DNA from: a virus
Taxonomy: Duplodnaviria > Caudoviricetes
IMG/VR virus record: IMGVR_UViG_3300033463_000076
Coordinates: 1-64,000 of that record
Reading direction: 5' to 3' (one strand)
Length of the DNA: 64,000 bases
The position numbers were made by a program, and so were the translations under genes. The notes beneath the pieces are model-generated. The model saw only the letters and a program-made list of their open reading frames with translations. It had not been told where the DNA came from and made no database searches. This document shows, piece by piece, positions 63,827 through 64,000 of the stretch; positions within the stretch are counted from its first letter, which is position 1, and every line of letters begins with the position of its first letter.

Positions 63827-64000
63827 CTAACCGAATAACGTCGTTTGAACTGTCTCTGCCTTAGCTGCTGGCTTGCGCTTCTTCTCGGTCTTCTTGGGAA
63901 GGTTCCAGCCCTTACCCTTACTGGCCTCCACGTTGAACTTGTACCAGACATCTTCATCCAGGAACTCGAAGTGCATCGTACCCTTCTTGTAGCCGATACA
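63827..64000 (-). CDS. C-terminal part of a DUF4942-like protein (partial)
   Basis: Hand translation ...YKKGTMHFEFLDEDVWYKFN...GWNLP. Confidence 0.6.
   Translation of the reverse strand, partial: CIGYKKGTMHFEFLDEDVWYKFNVEASKGKGWNLPKKTEKKRKPAAKAETVQTTLFG

Noticed and set aside
1-64000. Stop-codon recoding, as in some Prevotella and crAss-like phages
   Set aside because: Genes tile densely under the standard code, TAG ends plausible genes (e.g. 54607, 63827), and none of the tRNAs has a suppressor anticodon.
1-64000. Integrase, att sites or lysogeny module
   Set aside because: None is recognisable in this window, so lifestyle (temperate versus virulent) cannot be assigned from it.

Overview
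A 64 kb internal segment of a tailed dsDNA phage or prophage. It is siphovirus-like and most likely infects Bacteroidales (Prevotella/Segatella-like), judging from TTTG-N19/20-TAnnTTTG promoters, the absence of Shine-Dalgarno motifs and Bacteroidales-type gene families. Essentially all genes are on the minus strand. Reading from high to low coordinates: (1) an early/accessory block with a DUF4942-like partial gene, DUF3873, a remote DGR target, two DEDD exonucleases, RtcB, HNH and DUF4121; (2) portal and a MuF protein with a GNAT-like C-terminal domain; (3) a second accessory block with a PRTRC ubiquitin-like E1/E2/Ubl cassette, YopX and DUF488; (4) tRNA-Met, MTA/SAH nucleosidase, a degenerate tRNA-Thr, a methyltransferase fused to a GNAT-like domain, ParB, terS and terL; (5) a third small accessory block; (6) scaffold, decoration protein, major capsid, neck, tail tube, chaperone, tape measure, Dit, hub and tail proteins; (7) a diversity-generating retroelement (target, TR, RT) and a large ILEI-domain tail fibre; (8) a lysis cassette. 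Five observations stand out. First, one DGR template diversifies two targets 53 kb apart, and every mismatch falls at a TR adenine. Second, the RT carries a C-terminal fusion, no avd gene is visible, and the catalytic motif is HCDD. Third, the phage carries a ubiquitin-like PRTRC cassette. Fourth, promoter- and terminator-bounded small RNA candidates display, in hairpin loops, the exact complement of a start-codon motif shared by six accessory genes. Fifth, a SAM-linked DNA-modification cluster sits directly against the terminase. No integrase, replication genes or CRISPR arrays are visible. All family assignments come from motif recognition and memory, not from database searches.
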